Below, one piece after another: positions 32,735 to 43,537 of a stretch of DNA of 64,000 nt. The notes under the pieces are model-generated. The model was given only the letters and a program-made list of their open reading frames with translations, made no database searches and was not told where the DNA came from. The position numbers and the translations under genes are program-made. Numbering within the stretch: position 1 is the first letter of the stretch; every line of letters begins with the position of its first letter. The stretch comes from Antedon mediterranea (lineage: Eukaryota > Animalia > Echinodermata), in assembly GCF_964355755.1 (NCBI RefSeq), contig NC_092676.1, positions 29,939,499 through 30,003,498 of the forward strand. Reading direction: 5' to 3'.

Positions 32735-32925
32735 TGGGCCATTGTGACAGTCGGTTCATCTCTCTGCATACCAGTACCAGCTCTAGTAGAGCTAGTATTA
32801 CTCTAGTACATCAATGTAAGTAAGTAACCTACAGTCGGTTCATCTCTCTGCATACCAGTACCAGCTCTAGTAGAGCTAGTATTACTCTAGTACATCAATG
32901 TAAGTAAGTATTATAGCTCATAAAT
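32735..32925. repeat. Tandem duplication of about 75 bp x 2 (cagtcggttcatctctctgcataccagtaccagctctagtagagctagtattactctagtacatcaatgtaagtaag) in PARP4 intron 9
   Basis: Direct repeat. Confidence 0.8.
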
Positions 32926-32951
32926 AAATGTAACTCCTTTGATTTTTTTAG

Positions 32952-33092
32952 TGGTAGAAACAAGTTTGACATAAAGAATATCTTTGCTGTTAATCGAGCA
33001 ATTGAAGCGACAAACTTTACACATCATCTGGGAAATAAAAGGCTTTTGTTTCATGCATCCCGGCCAGCAAACTTTGTTGGCATACTCACAAG
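32952..33092 (+). CDS. PARP4: PARP4 exon 10 (SGRNKFDIKNIFAVNRAIEATNFTHHLGNKRLLFHASRPANFVGILT; PARP catalytic domain)
   Basis: Aligns with human SPVDVLQIFRVGRVNETTEFLSKLGNVRPLLHGSPVQNIVGILC. Confidence 0.8.
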
Positions 33093-33384
33093 GTCAGTTT
33101 CCATTTGCATTATTATTCACTGATCATATCTGGGGCCTCTGTGAGACACCAGTCTTTGACTGAAAAGTAACCAAGTTTAAATAAATACTAAATGAATAAA
33201 TGATGTAAAGGCATGTCTCCTTATGCAAGTTGTAACTCTTGTTGCCTCATCCTTCGAATGGGATATGAAGGTATACTAAGATAGGACATAGTATGCATTG
33301 CACTTTCACTGCTGTAGGTCTTTACCAAATGTCATCATTTAAAGATGAATAATAATAATAATATATTTTTTGTGTTGTTTGCAG

Positions 33385-33483
33385 AGGTCTTCTTCTACCT
33401 AAGATTGTAGTGGATGATTTTGGTGGACAGCTGACCGATCCTGGAAACCTAGGAAGTGGAATTTATTTTACAGACAGTGCCAG
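33385..33483 (+). CDS. PARP4: PARP4 exon 11 (RGLLLPKIVVDDFGGQLTDPGNLGSGIYFTDSA)
   Basis: Aligns with human RGLLLPKVVEDRGVQRTDVGNLGSGIYFSDSL. Confidence 0.85.
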
Positions 33484-33594
33484 GTACTGTAGGAAATGTA
33501 TACAGATTGTTAAATTGTACTTTTTTGATTGACTTTTTGTTCTTCATATTGGCAATTCAGACTTACAGATATTAATTACATTTATTTCTTCTAG

Positions 33595-33778
33595 TACAAG
33601 TGGAAAGTATTCATCTCGAAGTAAAGTTAAAGGATCTCGCTTCATGCTCGTAAATGAAGTTGCTCTTGGGAAGTGTCTGGATATGAAGTCTAAAAATTAC
33701 ACACTCTCAGCAGCTCCAGAGGGTTATGACAGTGTCCATGGTGTAAAGAAGACGCATGGAATGAGAACCCAATTTGTG
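33595..33778 (+). CDS. PARP4: PARP4 exon 12 (RTSGKYSSRSKVKGSRFMLVNEVALGKCLDMKSKNYTLSAAPEGYDSVHGVKKTHGMRTQFV)
   Basis: Aligns with human STSIKYSHPGETDGTRLLLICDVALGKCMDLHEKDFSLTEAPPGYDSVHGV. Confidence 0.85.
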
Positions 33779-33906
33779 GTAATAAAATCAAAATCATTGT
33801 TATGCTAATTGTCTGATTGTTGATTTTGTCTTTGTTACAAGAAGAATGAAATACAGATTTAAAAAAAATACAATTTAACTATTTTGTGAATTGTTGTTTT
33901 TTGCAG

Positions 33907-34063
33907 GATGATGAATTTGTTGTGTATAATAAGAATCAACAACGTATTCGCTATCTGGTTGAATTTAAACTTCCTAACGATGCAATCAAAGACATTATAC
34001 AAATGTCACTGCAAGAAATACGACCCAGTCAAGATTCAAGTCATTCACGCCCTGTAGATATTA
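33907..34063 (+). CDS. PARP4: PARP4 exon 13 (DDEFVVYNKNQQRIRYLVEFKLPNDAIKDIIQMSLQEIRPSQDSSHSRPVDI)
   Basis: Aligns with human DDEFVVYKTNQVKMKYIIKFSMPGDQIKDF; donor gtaagt 34064. Confidence 0.8.
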
Positions 34064-34513
34064 GTAAGTACCGTGTCTTGTCATGCAAGTCCTGTGTTAG
34101 TACGTATCTAAGTGTCTATTATATCTTTAAATAAAGCAGTAGTAGTCACTACTCTTTGGTCCTACAAATTTAAATGTGTTTATTCTGCTGTAACAGAAGT
34201 TATTATAATATTATTTTTTGACATATCAAGCAAAAAATTACCAGGAGTAATCAATAAGCATAGACCTGAACAGATTTCATCGCTCTTCCTCCAACATTGT
34301 TGCGATACATTACAAAAATACTTGATTACAAATCTGTATACAATACAAAATTTAATAATAATAATAATAATATGCTACAGAAAAAAAAGTGTGTGCCTAA
34401 AAAAGGTCTCGGACAAATGAGACAGAAAACAAATGTAAAAAAATTATTACTTCAATAACAAGTTTAGAGCTTATTTATAAAAGTATTTTCATTGATATAT
34501 TAAAACATTTCAG

Positions 34514-34644
34514 ATCTCAATACCATTGAGTCACTCAAGAATCCTATGGATAATCTACAAGCAGGTTTACAGTCAAAGAGTAATAATTCAGTTCCACTCA
34601 CAGCAGTCCACATCAGAGCACAGCTAATAGATCTTACAGCACAG
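34514..34644 (+). CDS. PARP4: PARP4 exon 14 (NLNTIESLKNPMDNLQAGLQSKSNNSVPLTAVHIRAQLIDLTAQ)
   Basis: Aligns with human ..GNLVPLEDVHIKGRIIDTVAQ. Confidence 0.7.
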
Positions 34645-34941
34645 GTCAGAGTTCAACTCATTTATGCATCATTTTGACTTTTTGCAGATCAATCACTTTG
34701 TTTGGCCCTTTCCTTTTTTTGTGTGTATCTTTTAGCATAAAATAACCATTGAATTACTTCAAGTTGTGGTTGTAACAAAACATCTCAACTTTACTGTCCT
34801 TTTAGAAACCCAGAGTGTATTGCAAACCTTATGCAAACCATTAAATAGAATTGGTAAACCAGAGGTTCCACTAATAAGTTTGATATATTATAATATAAAA
34901 CAAACTCCTATACTAGTATAATGTAAACTTTGTTTGAATAG

Positions 34942-35160
34942 GTTGTAGTACTACAGGCCTATAGGAATGACAGCAACGTTCCGATTGAAGCCAAGTATGT
35001 ATTCCCTCTGGATGACATGGCAGCAGTGTGTGGCTTTGAGGCTTTCATTGACGGTAAACACATCATTGGTGAAGTTAAAGATAAAGAGGTTGCTCATCAC
35101 GAATACAAAGAGGCCATCAGAAAAGGACATGGGGCTTACTTAATGGACGAGGAAACACCT
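34942..35160 (+). CDS. PARP4: PARP4 exon 15 (VVVLQAYRNDSNVPIEAKYVFPLDDMAAVCGFEAFIDGKHIIGEVKDKEVAHHEYKEAIRKGHGAYLMDEETP; VIT domain)
   Basis: Aligns with human VIVFQTYTNKSHVPIEAKYIFPLDDKAAVCGFEAFINGKHIVGEIKEKEEAQQEYLEAVTQGHGAYLMSQDAP. Confidence 0.85.
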
Positions 35161-35446
35161 GTAAGTAACACAAGATGTTTATGCATGACATTAAGCAGAT
35201 TTGAATATCAATTGCAAAGATTGTGACTAACTATGTCACTCAAACTTCAAATTCACTTTTAAATTTAAACTTAATTACCGAAATTCAAATAAGAATAGTT
35301 ATTGTATCATTCCAATATTGTAGAAGCTAGATTTTGTACAAACAATTAATTTATTTTAATTTTTTTTCTATCGAAGAGATACTCATTGCATAAATTTTAA
35401 ATTCACTATAATTCTTTTTTTTACATTTTTTTTTATACATTATAAG

Positions 35447-35652
35447 GATGTTTTCACAGTGAGTGTAGGTAACTTACCTCCAAATTCAGATGTGTTGATA
35501 AAAATCACCTATGTAGCTGAGCTTGGTGTTGAATCTGGCAAAGTTATGTTTAGTCTGCCTGGCAGTGTAGCTCCGTGGAAAAAAGACAGCGCCCTCTCGC
35601 AGACTACTCAGGAACAGATGGAAACATTAAAAGTTTCAGGCCAGCCAACAGG
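35447..35652 (+). CDS. PARP4: PARP4 exon 16 (DVFTVSVGNLPPNSDVLIKITYVAELGVESGKVMFSLPGSVAPWKKDSALSQTTQEQMETLKVSGQPT)
   Basis: Aligns with human DVFTVSVGNLPPKAKVLIKITYITELSILGTVGVFFMPATVAPWQQDKALNE. Confidence 0.85.
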
Positions 35653-35848
35653 GTAAATACTAAGCATGTTTATTGAGGATGTATAAGCCAATAGTATCAG
35701 AAGGAATCTTAAGATTCTATTTGACTTCATATACTCGGTTTTTACCTATACATTGGGACTATAGAAATTTAAAACAGTTCATTGTATAAAAATATTATCT
35801 ATAGGAACAAAATATAGTGAATACTTGTTTACTGTTTTTTTATTTCAG

Positions 35849-35930
35849 AAGAACTTCAATCCAGATTTCCATATTGATGCCATATGACATTTGTTTGATT
35901 GAGTCTCCAACTCATCCAATCAGATTTAAG
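35849..35930 (+). CDS. PARP4: PARP4 exon 17 (GRTSIQISILMPYDICLIESPTHPIRFK)
   Basis: Aligns with human SFSLTMSIEMPYVIEFIFSDTHELKQK. Confidence 0.75.
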
Positions 35931-36029
35931 GTAACACATTTACAAACACGACGTCTAACCAGTGTTCTGTTAATGCTATCCAATAATGGTGATGTTGAGA
36001 ATTTTACACAAATATGATCTTTATTTTAG

Positions 36030-36170
36030 AAATCATCAACAAATGCAACGGTTGAATTAAGAAAGAATACACGATTGGAAGGGAGTGGATTTCAGCTGTT
36101 GATTCAACTTGCTGAAATACATGTACCAAGAATGTGGATTGAGAGACATCCAGATAAGACTAACTCACAG
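36030..36170 (+). CDS. PARP4: PARP4 exon 18 (KSSTNATVELRKNTRLEGSGFQLLIQLAEIHVPRMWIERHPDKTNSQ)
   Basis: Aligns with human RTDCKAVISTMEGSSLDSSGFSLHIGLSAAYLPRMWVEKHPEKESEA. Confidence 0.8.
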
Positions 36171-36194
36171 GTATGGAGTGAATCAAAAGACTGA

Positions 36195-36335
36195 AAACAA
36201 AAGACTTATGTGTATGTGTGACTTCTAGAGTAATGCTGGTGGTATATTGGACACTAATACTGATGTTAAGTGTGTATGTGTGACTTCTAGAGTAATGCTG
36301 GTGGTATATTGGACACCAATACTGATGTTAAGGGT
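36195..36335. repeat. Tandem duplication of about 62 bp x 2 in PARP4 intron 18
   Basis: gtgtgtatgtgtgacttctagagtaatgctggtggtatattggacac.aatactgatgttaag repeated. Confidence 0.8.
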
Positions 36336-36439
36336 TCTTCTTTCATGGTTCTAGTAGTAAAAATGTTCTCAGATAAAAGACTATAATCCACAGATCCAGT
36401 GATTATTTGCTCTTATCCTAGAGTTTATCCTTGTGATGC

Positions 36440-36905
36440 ACTCCGGTGTATTCACACTGATGATAGTATACTTAAGCTGCTGAAGTCACCATTCACACTG
36501 ATGCTAGTATACTTAAGCTGCTGAAGTCACCATTCACACTGATGCTAGTATACTTAAGCTGCTGAAGTCACCATTCACACTGATGCTAGTATACTTAAGC
36601 TGCTGAAGTCACCATTCACACTGATGCTAGTATACTTAAGCTGCTGAAGTCACCATTCACACTGATGCTAGTATACTTAAGCTGCTGAAGTCACCATTCA
36701 CACTGATGCTAGTATACTTAAGCTGCTGAAGTCACCATTCACACTGATGCTAGTATACTTAAGCTGCTGAAGTCACCATTCACACTGATGATAGTATACT
36801 TAAGCTGCTGAAGTCACCATTCACACTGATGGTAGTATACTTAAGCTGCTGAAGTCACCATTCACACTGATGATAGTATACTTAAGCTGCTGAAGTCACC
36901 ATTCA
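36440..36905. repeat. Tandem repeat, 41-bp unit x about 11 (cattcacactgatgctagtatacttaagctgctgaagtcac) in PARP4 intron 18
   Basis: Direct repeats. Confidence 0.9.
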
Positions 36906-37190
36906 CACTTAGGCTGAACAAAAATACCCTTAAAATAAAAAAATCTATTTAGATGAATATAATTTTAAGGGAAAAATTTGAATATTTATTGAGTTAGTGA
37001 AATTTATTATATAATTTAAAGAAAATATCTCACTTAAGTGTGATTGGTGAATATGCGGGCACTGACCCTTCAATCAATGTTTTTGATAGGTTCAATTTAA
37101 TTTAATTTTGGATTATTCGGTCATTGTTTAATACAGAACTATTATGAACATTTGTTCTTTCAATGTTACCATTATTATTTCATTTTCTAG

Positions 37191-37377
37191 GCATGTATGC
37201 TAACGTTTTATCCTGATTTTGAAAGTAAAGAAGATGCATCGCCAGAAATTCTCTTCTTTCTTGATATGTCAAACTCAATGGATGTAAAGAACCAGATGCA
37301 AGCTCAAACAATTGTAATGCTGATCCTTAAACATCTTCCTAAACAAGCAACTTTCAACATTATTACGTTTGGAACAA
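37191..37377 (+). CDS. PARP4: PARP4 exon 19 (ACMLTFYPDFESKEDASPEILFFLDMSNSMDVKNQMQAQTIVMLILKHLPKQATFNIITFGT; start of the vWA domain with DxSxS MIDAS motif)
   Basis: Aligns with human ACMLVFQPDLDVDLPDLASESEVIICLDCSSSMEGVTFLQAKQIALHALSLVGEKQKVNIIQFGT. Confidence 0.85.
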
Positions 37378-37665
37378 GTAAGTTTTTACTGAAGATAACA
37401 GTTAAAATAATTTAATGGTTTAATGGTTTTAAATTTATATAGCGCAAAATACAAATAGTCTCTTTGCGTGCGCTGTTAGCACAAGTTAAAAAATGAAAAA
37501 GTTGATAAAAGTAAGCCAGGAAAAAGCCTAATAAATAGTATATTTAACAGTGGGTTTGATCTGATTAACTGACTGACAAATTAAAATGAAATAAGAGAAA
37601 AAGGTGGAAAGAGAAAAAAGTAAAGAATGGGTAACAGGATTTAAAAGTTTTTAAAATAGCGTTTA

Positions 37666-37790
37666 AAGCTCTGTCTACTCTATCAAACTATATGTTTCAA
37701 AAAAATGTGATGTGGCTATATATGGACATGATGATGTCATATTACCACCATAAGTAAGCATATCGCTACCATATTTGGGCATTTTATATC
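37666..37790. mobile_element. MITE family copy in PARP4 intron 19 (left end and core; the right end is degenerate)
   Basis: aagctctgtctactctatcaaac...gtgatgtggctatatatggacatgatgatgtcat. Confidence 0.6.
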
Positions 37791-37918
37791 CAGTTTATGA
37801 ATGAAACAGATATTCATACCTGTGTGCAAGTACACATTCCATCACATGTGAGGAAGAATGATGTCATCTTTGGCCGCCAGTTGATGTTAATTTTCAACAT
37901 TTATGTTCTTTTATCAAG

Positions 37919-38180
37919 GTTTTAATGAGCTGTTTCCTGTTTGCCAACCTGCCACTACAGCCAACATTAAGTCTGCTAGGTCATTTGTTGCATGTGCTAA
38001 AGCCAATATGGGTAATACAGATCTGTGGCGCCCTCTAAACAGCTATTTCTTGCTGAGTGACGAAACTTGTGTTCGAAATATCTTTCTTATTTCTGATGGA
38101 CACATTAATAATGAGGAATCTACTCTTGCAGCGATTCAACTCAATGCAAATTGTAATAGAGTTTTTACGTTTGGGATTAG
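37919..38180 (+). CDS. PARP4: PARP4 exon 20 (SFNELFPVCQPATTANIKSARSFVACAKANMGNTDLWRPLNSYFLLSDETCVRNIFLISDGHINNEESTLAAIQLNANCNRVFTFGI)
   Basis: Aligns with human GYKELFSYPKHITSNTMAAEFIMSATPTMGNTDFWKTLRYLSLLYPARGSRNILLVSDGHLQDESLTLQLVKRSRPHTRLFACGI. Confidence 0.85.
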
Positions 38181-38378
38181 GTAGGTAAAACACTTTTATG
38201 TTATTTTTATTTCAGTTGCTGTCAACCCTCCCAATAAATGCTGGAAACTTATATACTTATATACTTCTGGTTTTCCAGAAAAGTTGGTATTCCAAAAATG
38301 AAAAAAAAAATATATATCTTTGGACCTCAAAAAAAGGGAATTTATTTTGTTAATATTTGATGTAAATTTTATTTTTAG

Positions 38379-38478
38379 CGCAACAGCCAACAAACATTTG
38401 TTAAAATCCATTGCTCGTGTGGGAACAGGAGCTTTTGAGTTTTTTGATACAAGTTTAAAGTCAAGATGGGCAAAAAAG
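38379..38478 (+). CDS. PARP4: PARP4 exon 21 (SATANKHLLKSIARVGTGAFEFFDTSLKSRWAKK)
   Basis: Aligns with human GSTANRHVLRILSQCGAGVFEYFNAKSKHSWRKQ. Confidence 0.8.
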
Positions 38479-38815
38479 GTTAGATAAACATTTTATATGT
38501 TGTTTATTATATCATTATGTTATGTAATTGTCATTTAACTCCAATTAATTATCTTTAAAGGTTAGTTAAACATTTTATATGTTATTTATTATATCATTAT
38601 GTTATGTAATTGTCATTTAACTCCAATTAATTATCTTTAAAGGTTAGATAAACATTTGATATGTTGTTTATTATATCATTATGTTATGTAATTGTCATTT
38701 AACTCCAATTAATTATCTTTAAAGGTTAGATAAACATTTTATATGTTGTTTATTATATCATTATGTTATGTAATTGTCATTTAACTCCAATTAATTATCT
38801 TTAAATGCCAAAATT
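38479..38815. repeat. Tandem repeat, 82-bp unit x 4, in PARP4 intron 21
   Basis: gttagataaacattttatatgttgtttattatatcattatgttatgtaattgtcatttaactccaattaattatctttaaag repeated. Every unit recreates the donor context aaag|gttag. Confidence 0.85.
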
Positions 38816-38818
38816 TAG

Positions 38819-38989
38819 ATTAAAAGTCAGTTGTTGAAAGCAATGCAACCAGTGTTAAGCAACGTGAACGTTGAGTGGGAACAGTTAGAAGACAGCGCCC
38901 CCAAACCAATCCAAGCACCGAGTCAGATAACATCGTTATTCAGTGGATCACGTCAAGTTGTGTATGGATACGTTCCATGCTGTCGACAG
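38819..38989 (+). CDS. PARP4: PARP4 exon 22 (IKSQLLKAMQPVLSNVNVEWEQLEDSAPKPIQAPSQITSLFSGSRQVVYGYVPCCRQ)
   Basis: Aligns with human IEDQMTRLCSPSCHSVSVKWQQLNPDVPEALQAPAQVPSLFLNDRLLVYGFIPHCTQ. Confidence 0.8.
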
Positions 38990-39373
38990 GTAAATGCCTT
39001 CAGTTTGGTCGACTTTGAATAAAAAAGTGATACTAGAGATTCCCAAGTTCATTACATCATACATTCACTGGCATGTCAACATAAATGTCCACTTAATCTA
39101 AACATTCATATATCTGTCGACGAGAACAGCCGACTACGACCCATGTTGAAGTGGTCTTCGTTTACGTTCACTCAAATCTAAAAACTCCTATTAACAAGGA
39201 AAAGTGAAATTCGCTCTTCCCTTATTGATTGTTACTCATAAACTTATTTTATTTTTATTTTATTATTTTAAGGATTGTTTTCTTAATACACTTAAGTACA
39301 TACTCAAAATTTATAATCTCCACATTTTTGTATGTATTTTTTGTTATTTACTGTTATTGCCATTGTATTTAAG

Positions 39374-39454
39374 GCAACTTTAAAAGCTGAAATTAATGGT
39401 GAGGAGATTTCAACAAAGGTATCCACAAATGAACTTAACATCACAAGGGGTAAG
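39374..39454 (+). CDS. PARP4: PARP4 exon 23 (ATLKAEINGEEISTKVSTNELNITRGK)
   Basis: Aligns with human ATLCALIQEKEFRTMVSTTELQKTTGTM. Confidence 0.75.
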
Positions 39455-39830
39455 GTAAGTTTATGAATGGAATTTCTTTATTATCACAATTGATTCTTGT
39501 TCATTTGAGCGACGTTGGTGAGATTGGCTATGCGTTGCTTTTGTGTAATTTGTTGATATAAAGTTCGCGGTATAACACGAATATTTGATTTCGCCATGCA
39601 AACCTTCAAACAATGTAATTATTTCATATCAAGAATCGGGGGAAAATGTTACTTCTTTTTCCTCCTTCTTTTCATTTATTGCAATTTATTAATTATGTGA
39701 TTCTTTATTGTTTATTGGTTAGACTGAAAAATTGACCAAAACATTTTTTTTTAAATAGGAGAATAAATAAATAAAATTAAATCATTCTAAATTGACTTAT
39801 GATGGATTTAATATTTTTATGCTTGCGTAG

Positions 39831-40013
39831 ATATTGCACCAACTAACAGCCAGAGCAATTATCCGTGACTGGGAGGACGGAACGTTGGATGTTGACCCGG
39901 TAGAGCATGACATTAAGAAAGAAGCTCAGAAATCTTACATCATTGACCTGAGTAAAGAGTATTCTATAGTGACACAGTTTACAAGTTTCATCGCCGTAGA
40001 AGAACGAAATAAG
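39831..40013 (+). CDS. PARP4: PARP4 exon 24 (ILHQLTARAIIRDWEDGTLDVDPVEHDIKKEAQKSYIIDLSKEYSIVTQFTSFIAVEERNK)
   Basis: Aligns with human IHKLAARALIRDYEDGILHENETSHEMKKQTLKSLIIKLSKENSLITQFTSFVAVEKRDE. Confidence 0.85.
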
Positions 40014-40417
40014 GTAAAATTAACAATAATCATAAAATTTTAATGATTTTATATAGTGATAATAAAATGATATGTCTGTCGTTTGTGGGGCATCCCATGG
40101 TGGTGAAATTAGGTGGTATCTCTCTCTCATCTAATTGGTGCCGATTTATTAGCACCTTTCGGGGTCCCCCCGATCAAGACGCAGCAGTCTATGAGGTAAA
40201 TCTTTAGTATTCAACATTTCCATATACCTGTTTGTAGAGACTTGTAGAGAAATTGCATCGCCACCACAGCATTTCTTGTGTTGTCAATGGTTTGTTTGAT
40301 TTTTGTAATGATTTTACTTTAAAATATTTCCAGTGAAGCAACATGTTGATTTGATTCATTTGGTAAAAGCATAAATGTACTTCTATGTTATATTCATTGT
40401 TTGTATTTATTATTTAG

Positions 40418-40600
40418 ACTGATTTTGTGGACGCTATTTTTAAGCCAAGTATCAACGACCTTGTCGCAAAAGAGGATGTAGATACTATTCCTTATGTTTC
40501 ATGGGAAGACACGCTTAAAATTGAAGATGTTGAATCAGATTTGCAAATACCTCCAGAAAAAACAACTGAAGATAATTTATGTTACTCTGCTATGGAAATG
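40418..40600 (+). CDS. PARP4: PARP4 exon 25 (TDFVDAIFKPSINDLVAKEDVDTIPYVSWEDTLKIEDVESDLQIPPEKTTEDNLCYSAMEM)
   Basis: Aligns with human ..PDIPKVSELIAKEDVDFLPYMSWQGEP. Confidence 0.8.
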
Positions 40601-40741
40601 GTAAGTAATAAATAAATGATGTAATCAATACAAATTTCACCTGGCCACTTTCATTCAAATATTACATGGCCACCTTCACTACATTTTATATTATACTATT
40701 TCCATTACTAATGTACTTTTTTTGTTCTTTTTTTATTTAAG

Positions 40742-40764
40742 AAAATTTACAGTTTGGATCCAAT
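40742..40764 (+). CDS. PARP4: PARP4 candidate micro-exon (23 nt; KIYSLDP..)
   Basis: Strong acceptor ttttatttaag and donor gtgagt; needed to carry the frame from exon 25 (phase 0) into the phase-1 exon series. Tentative. Confidence 0.3.
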
Positions 40765-41424
40765 GTGAGTCATATTACTATAATATTATTATTATTACCA
40801 ACTTAATTATTATTATTAAACTTTGATTTAGTCTTTATTCTAACTTCCTATGTCGTATGATTACAGTGGTCGTATTCACATGCTAAGGCAAACACTTTTA
40901 CCCTTAAAATAATCTCATATCTAAGTGAATGCAATTTAGGGAAATATTTCTTGAGTTAAGTGAAATACTTAATATTTACTGGAAATATCTCAGTGTGTAT
41001 ACGGCCATTTTACTCTAGAACCTATTCGGGGGACACCCCTATAAAAGGGAAATACACACTCCCATGAAATGAACAAGGGGCAATATATATTTTAAAACTA
41101 AAGCCAACACCTATTTAGAGAACACTCCTACGCAGGTGAACTTTGTTAGACCCCAATGATGTCCATTTAATACAAACTATTTTGTACTGACAACTTACAG
41201 TAGTAGTCAAAATACTGAAATGTTATGTTGTTTACTGCGGCAACGAGGCAGATTTGTTTTCAAAATCCAAGATTATTGACATAACTTCTACCTAAGTCTT
41301 GTTTTCATAGCGATTTAGATAAAGTTTATTTTGTTTAGGCGCTATACAAAAAACAATTATTATTATTATTTTGTTGATTTCATAATGTACATGCATAACA
41401 AGTTTTTTTTTTTTTTTTTTTCAG

Positions 41425-41435
41425 GGAATTTGCCT
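41425..41435 (+). CDS. PARP4: PARP4 candidate micro-exon (11 nt; ggaatttgcct)
   Basis: 20-nt poly-T tract + cag acceptor and a consensus gtaagt donor only 11 nt later; phase-compatible. Tentative. Confidence 0.3.
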
Positions 41436-41845
41436 GTAAGTTATTCTTTTACTAACATTAACACAGTGTTGTTATGAGAATCAGTTAATGTACACTTGTG
41501 TGGGTATTAATTAGTTGCACCATCCGTCGTTTATGATCAAAACAAGTCTTGTGATTGTTATTAAAAGCTAAAATAATGTAATATTTGTACAATAGAAAGA
41601 ATAGAATACAATAGACAATATATAATTAAAAAAAATAATACAATAATTGATTTCAATACAATGAACGTCAAAATGTGGTAGTTTTTTTAAGGGTGCATTA
41701 TTAGCATAAAGATTTGTGCTGTGCAAAGCACAAATCTTAAAACATGCATCCTCCATGTACTATGTATTGTGGGTGGTGTATGTGGAAATAAAGAATTGAA
41801 TTGAATATAAAAAATCAATAATTAAAATAACAATAATTTTACTGT

Positions 41846-41990
41846 AAAGCTCTGTCTACACTATCAAACTTTATGTGACAAAAAATGTGATATGCCCAAA
41901 TATGGAAGTGATATGCACAAATATAGTAGTGATATGACATGTCCATATATGGGCAAATTCAGATAAAGTTTGAGAGTGTAGACAGAGCTT
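41846..41990. mobile_element. MITE family copy, complete, in a PARP4 intron
   Basis: aaagctctgtctacactatcaaactttatgtgacaaaaaatgtgatatgcccaaatatgg...gataaagtttgagagtgtagacagagcttt. Confidence 0.85.
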
Positions 41991-42013
41991 TAAGTTTCCT
42001 TGATTATTTATAG

Positions 42014-42076
42014 ATATGGGTATTCCTGAATCAGTAAAGATTAAGAGTAGTAGATACAGACAATTAAGACAAGCAG
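42014..42076 (+). CDS. PARP4: PARP4 C-terminal exon (YMGIPESVKIKSSRYRQLRQA)
   Basis: Acceptor tatag 42009-42013, donor gtttgt 42077; phase 1 in, phase 1 out. Confidence 0.45.
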
Positions 42077-42258
42077 GTTTGTATGAAACATCATTATTAT
42101 TAATATTTCAATTTGTTATTAATAAAACAAATCATTTTTAAACTCATAAAAATACTGTGTTTACTCACTCTCAGGTTGTTATACAAATTATATATTACAT
42201 ATAATCCCTCAAGAAAAATATAATTATGTCTCTTTTTTTGGTAAAACCTGTTTTATAG

Positions 42259-42366
42259 CTTGTTATGATTTCGGTTTAGAACATCAAAAGATAGCTCCAG
42301 ATTTAAGTGGAGTAGGTTGCATGGGAATAGATATTCGACCACGACGAGGAGGATTAAATATTAAAG
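42259..42366 (+). CDS. PARP4: PARP4 C-terminal exon (ACYDFGLEHQKIAPDLSGVGCMGIDIRPRRGGLNIK)
   Basis: Acceptor ttttatag, donor gtatgt 42367; phase 1-1. Confidence 0.5.
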
Positions 42367-42633
42367 GTATGTTTTCACATAGAAAATTAGACTTAAAATA
42401 TGCCCATCTATGCTGTGTGTTTTTCACTGTTTTAGTTAAAATTTAAGTTATGATTAAGTGTTAAAGTTAAGATCCTTCTTGCTTTCTTTTGTTTTTATTT
42501 TGTTTATGTATTTAAGAATTTATTTATTTTATATATACTAGGAGTTGCTGGCTTATTTAAGCCTAGTATGATGTATGTATCTTATTTAGCTGGTCAAAAT
42601 CAATCCTAGTAATTTCTTTTTCTTTTTTATTAG

Positions 42634-42669
42634 CAAAGAAGAGTGAAAAGCCAGTGAGATTTTCACCAG
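42634..42669 (+). CDS. PARP4: PARP4 C-terminal module exon (AKKSEKPVRFSP)
   Basis: Phase 1-1 36-nt exon between ttattag and gtaatc; paralogous to 43502-43537. Confidence 0.45.
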
Positions 42670-43019
42670 GTAATCTCTTTGAGACACATGGTGATTGTCT
42701 GAGTATCTTATTTTATATTTGAATATACAAGCAGTTTTTGGTTCTCTAAGAAACTTTTATTAAAACTTTTTATTGAAAACTTCATATGCTTTCACTTTCG
42801 TTAAAGGTGTATCCCCAAAACATGAATAAAATCTGACTTTTAATAGGCCATTTTGCAGTTTTAATAAAGTTATTCACTTCTATAGAAAATGAAAACCAAA
42901 CAAAATTATTATTTCACTTATAAAAAGACAAAATAAACAGTTTATTTTAACCAAAAACTCTGACATATAATTTGAGTATTTGTTGCTTTAAATTACATTT
43001 TTTTCAGGTAAATCATTTT

Positions 43020-43165
43020 TTTCATATGCGATTCAAAGTGAATAACTATTATGCGACATTAAAATATGCCATTTAATGTCGACATTGAAATATGCTATTT
43101 AATGTTGACATTAAAATATGCCATTTAATGTCGCATAATAGTTATTTACTTTGAATTGCAAAAAA
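43020..43165. mobile_element. MITE-like hairpin in a PARP4 intron: inverted ends (cgattcaaagtgaataactattatgcgacatt / aatgtcgcataatagttatttactttgaattgc) enclosing 4 tandem 26-bp units (taaaatatgccatttaatgtcgaca)
   Basis: The terminal segments are exact reverse complements. Confidence 0.6.
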
Positions 43166-43212
43166 AAATATGCATGTTCAACAAAAAATGTTTTAAATAA
43201 TTATTTTTTCAG

Positions 43213-43281
43213 AGGGACAATATATGCTTCTAAAACAGTATGCCTTAGGCGATTGCAGTGTCCCTGCACCAACAGCTAAAG
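43213..43281 (+). CDS. PARP4: PARP4 C-terminal module exon (EGQYMLLKQYALGDCSVPAPTAK)
   Basis: Phase 1-1, acceptor tttttcag, donor gtttga. Confidence 0.45.
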
Positions 43282-43501
43282 GTTTGATTTTCTTTCTATT
43301 TAGGAGCTAATTACTTAATTAGCCCTCAGTAGCATTTCCTGTCACCAACTTTGGTGCTTAGTGCACATAATTATTATTCTTTTGTATTCACTTGATCTTG
43401 AAAATGGTTCTATGATGGTACCGAAATGTCCATCTCTCTTTTTTTCATTAAATTTATATTCAATCCTACTAATTTCTAATCCTACTTTTTGTTTTTATTA
43501 G

Positions 43502-43537
43502 CATTAAAGAGTGAAAAGATAGCGAGACGTAGAAAAG
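43502..43537 (+). CDS. PARP4: PARP4 C-terminal module exon (ALKSEKIARRRK)
   Basis: Phase 1-1; paralog of 42634-42669 with similar flanking intron sequence. Confidence 0.45.

Noticed and set aside
34942-35020. Suspected +1 frameshift in PARP4 exon 15 between VVVLQAYRNDSNV and PIEAKY
   Set aside because: It was my own transcription error of line 34921 (a dropped leading base). With the correct register, 34942 and 35017 are in the same frame; the ORF track is consistent.
40060-40200. GC-rich segment ..gcacctttcggggtccccccgatcaagacgcagcagtctatgag|gtaaat as a possible exon between PARP4 exons 24 and 25
   Set aside because: Exons 24 and 25 join directly in phase with continuous homology to human PARP4; this would at best be an alternative cassette.
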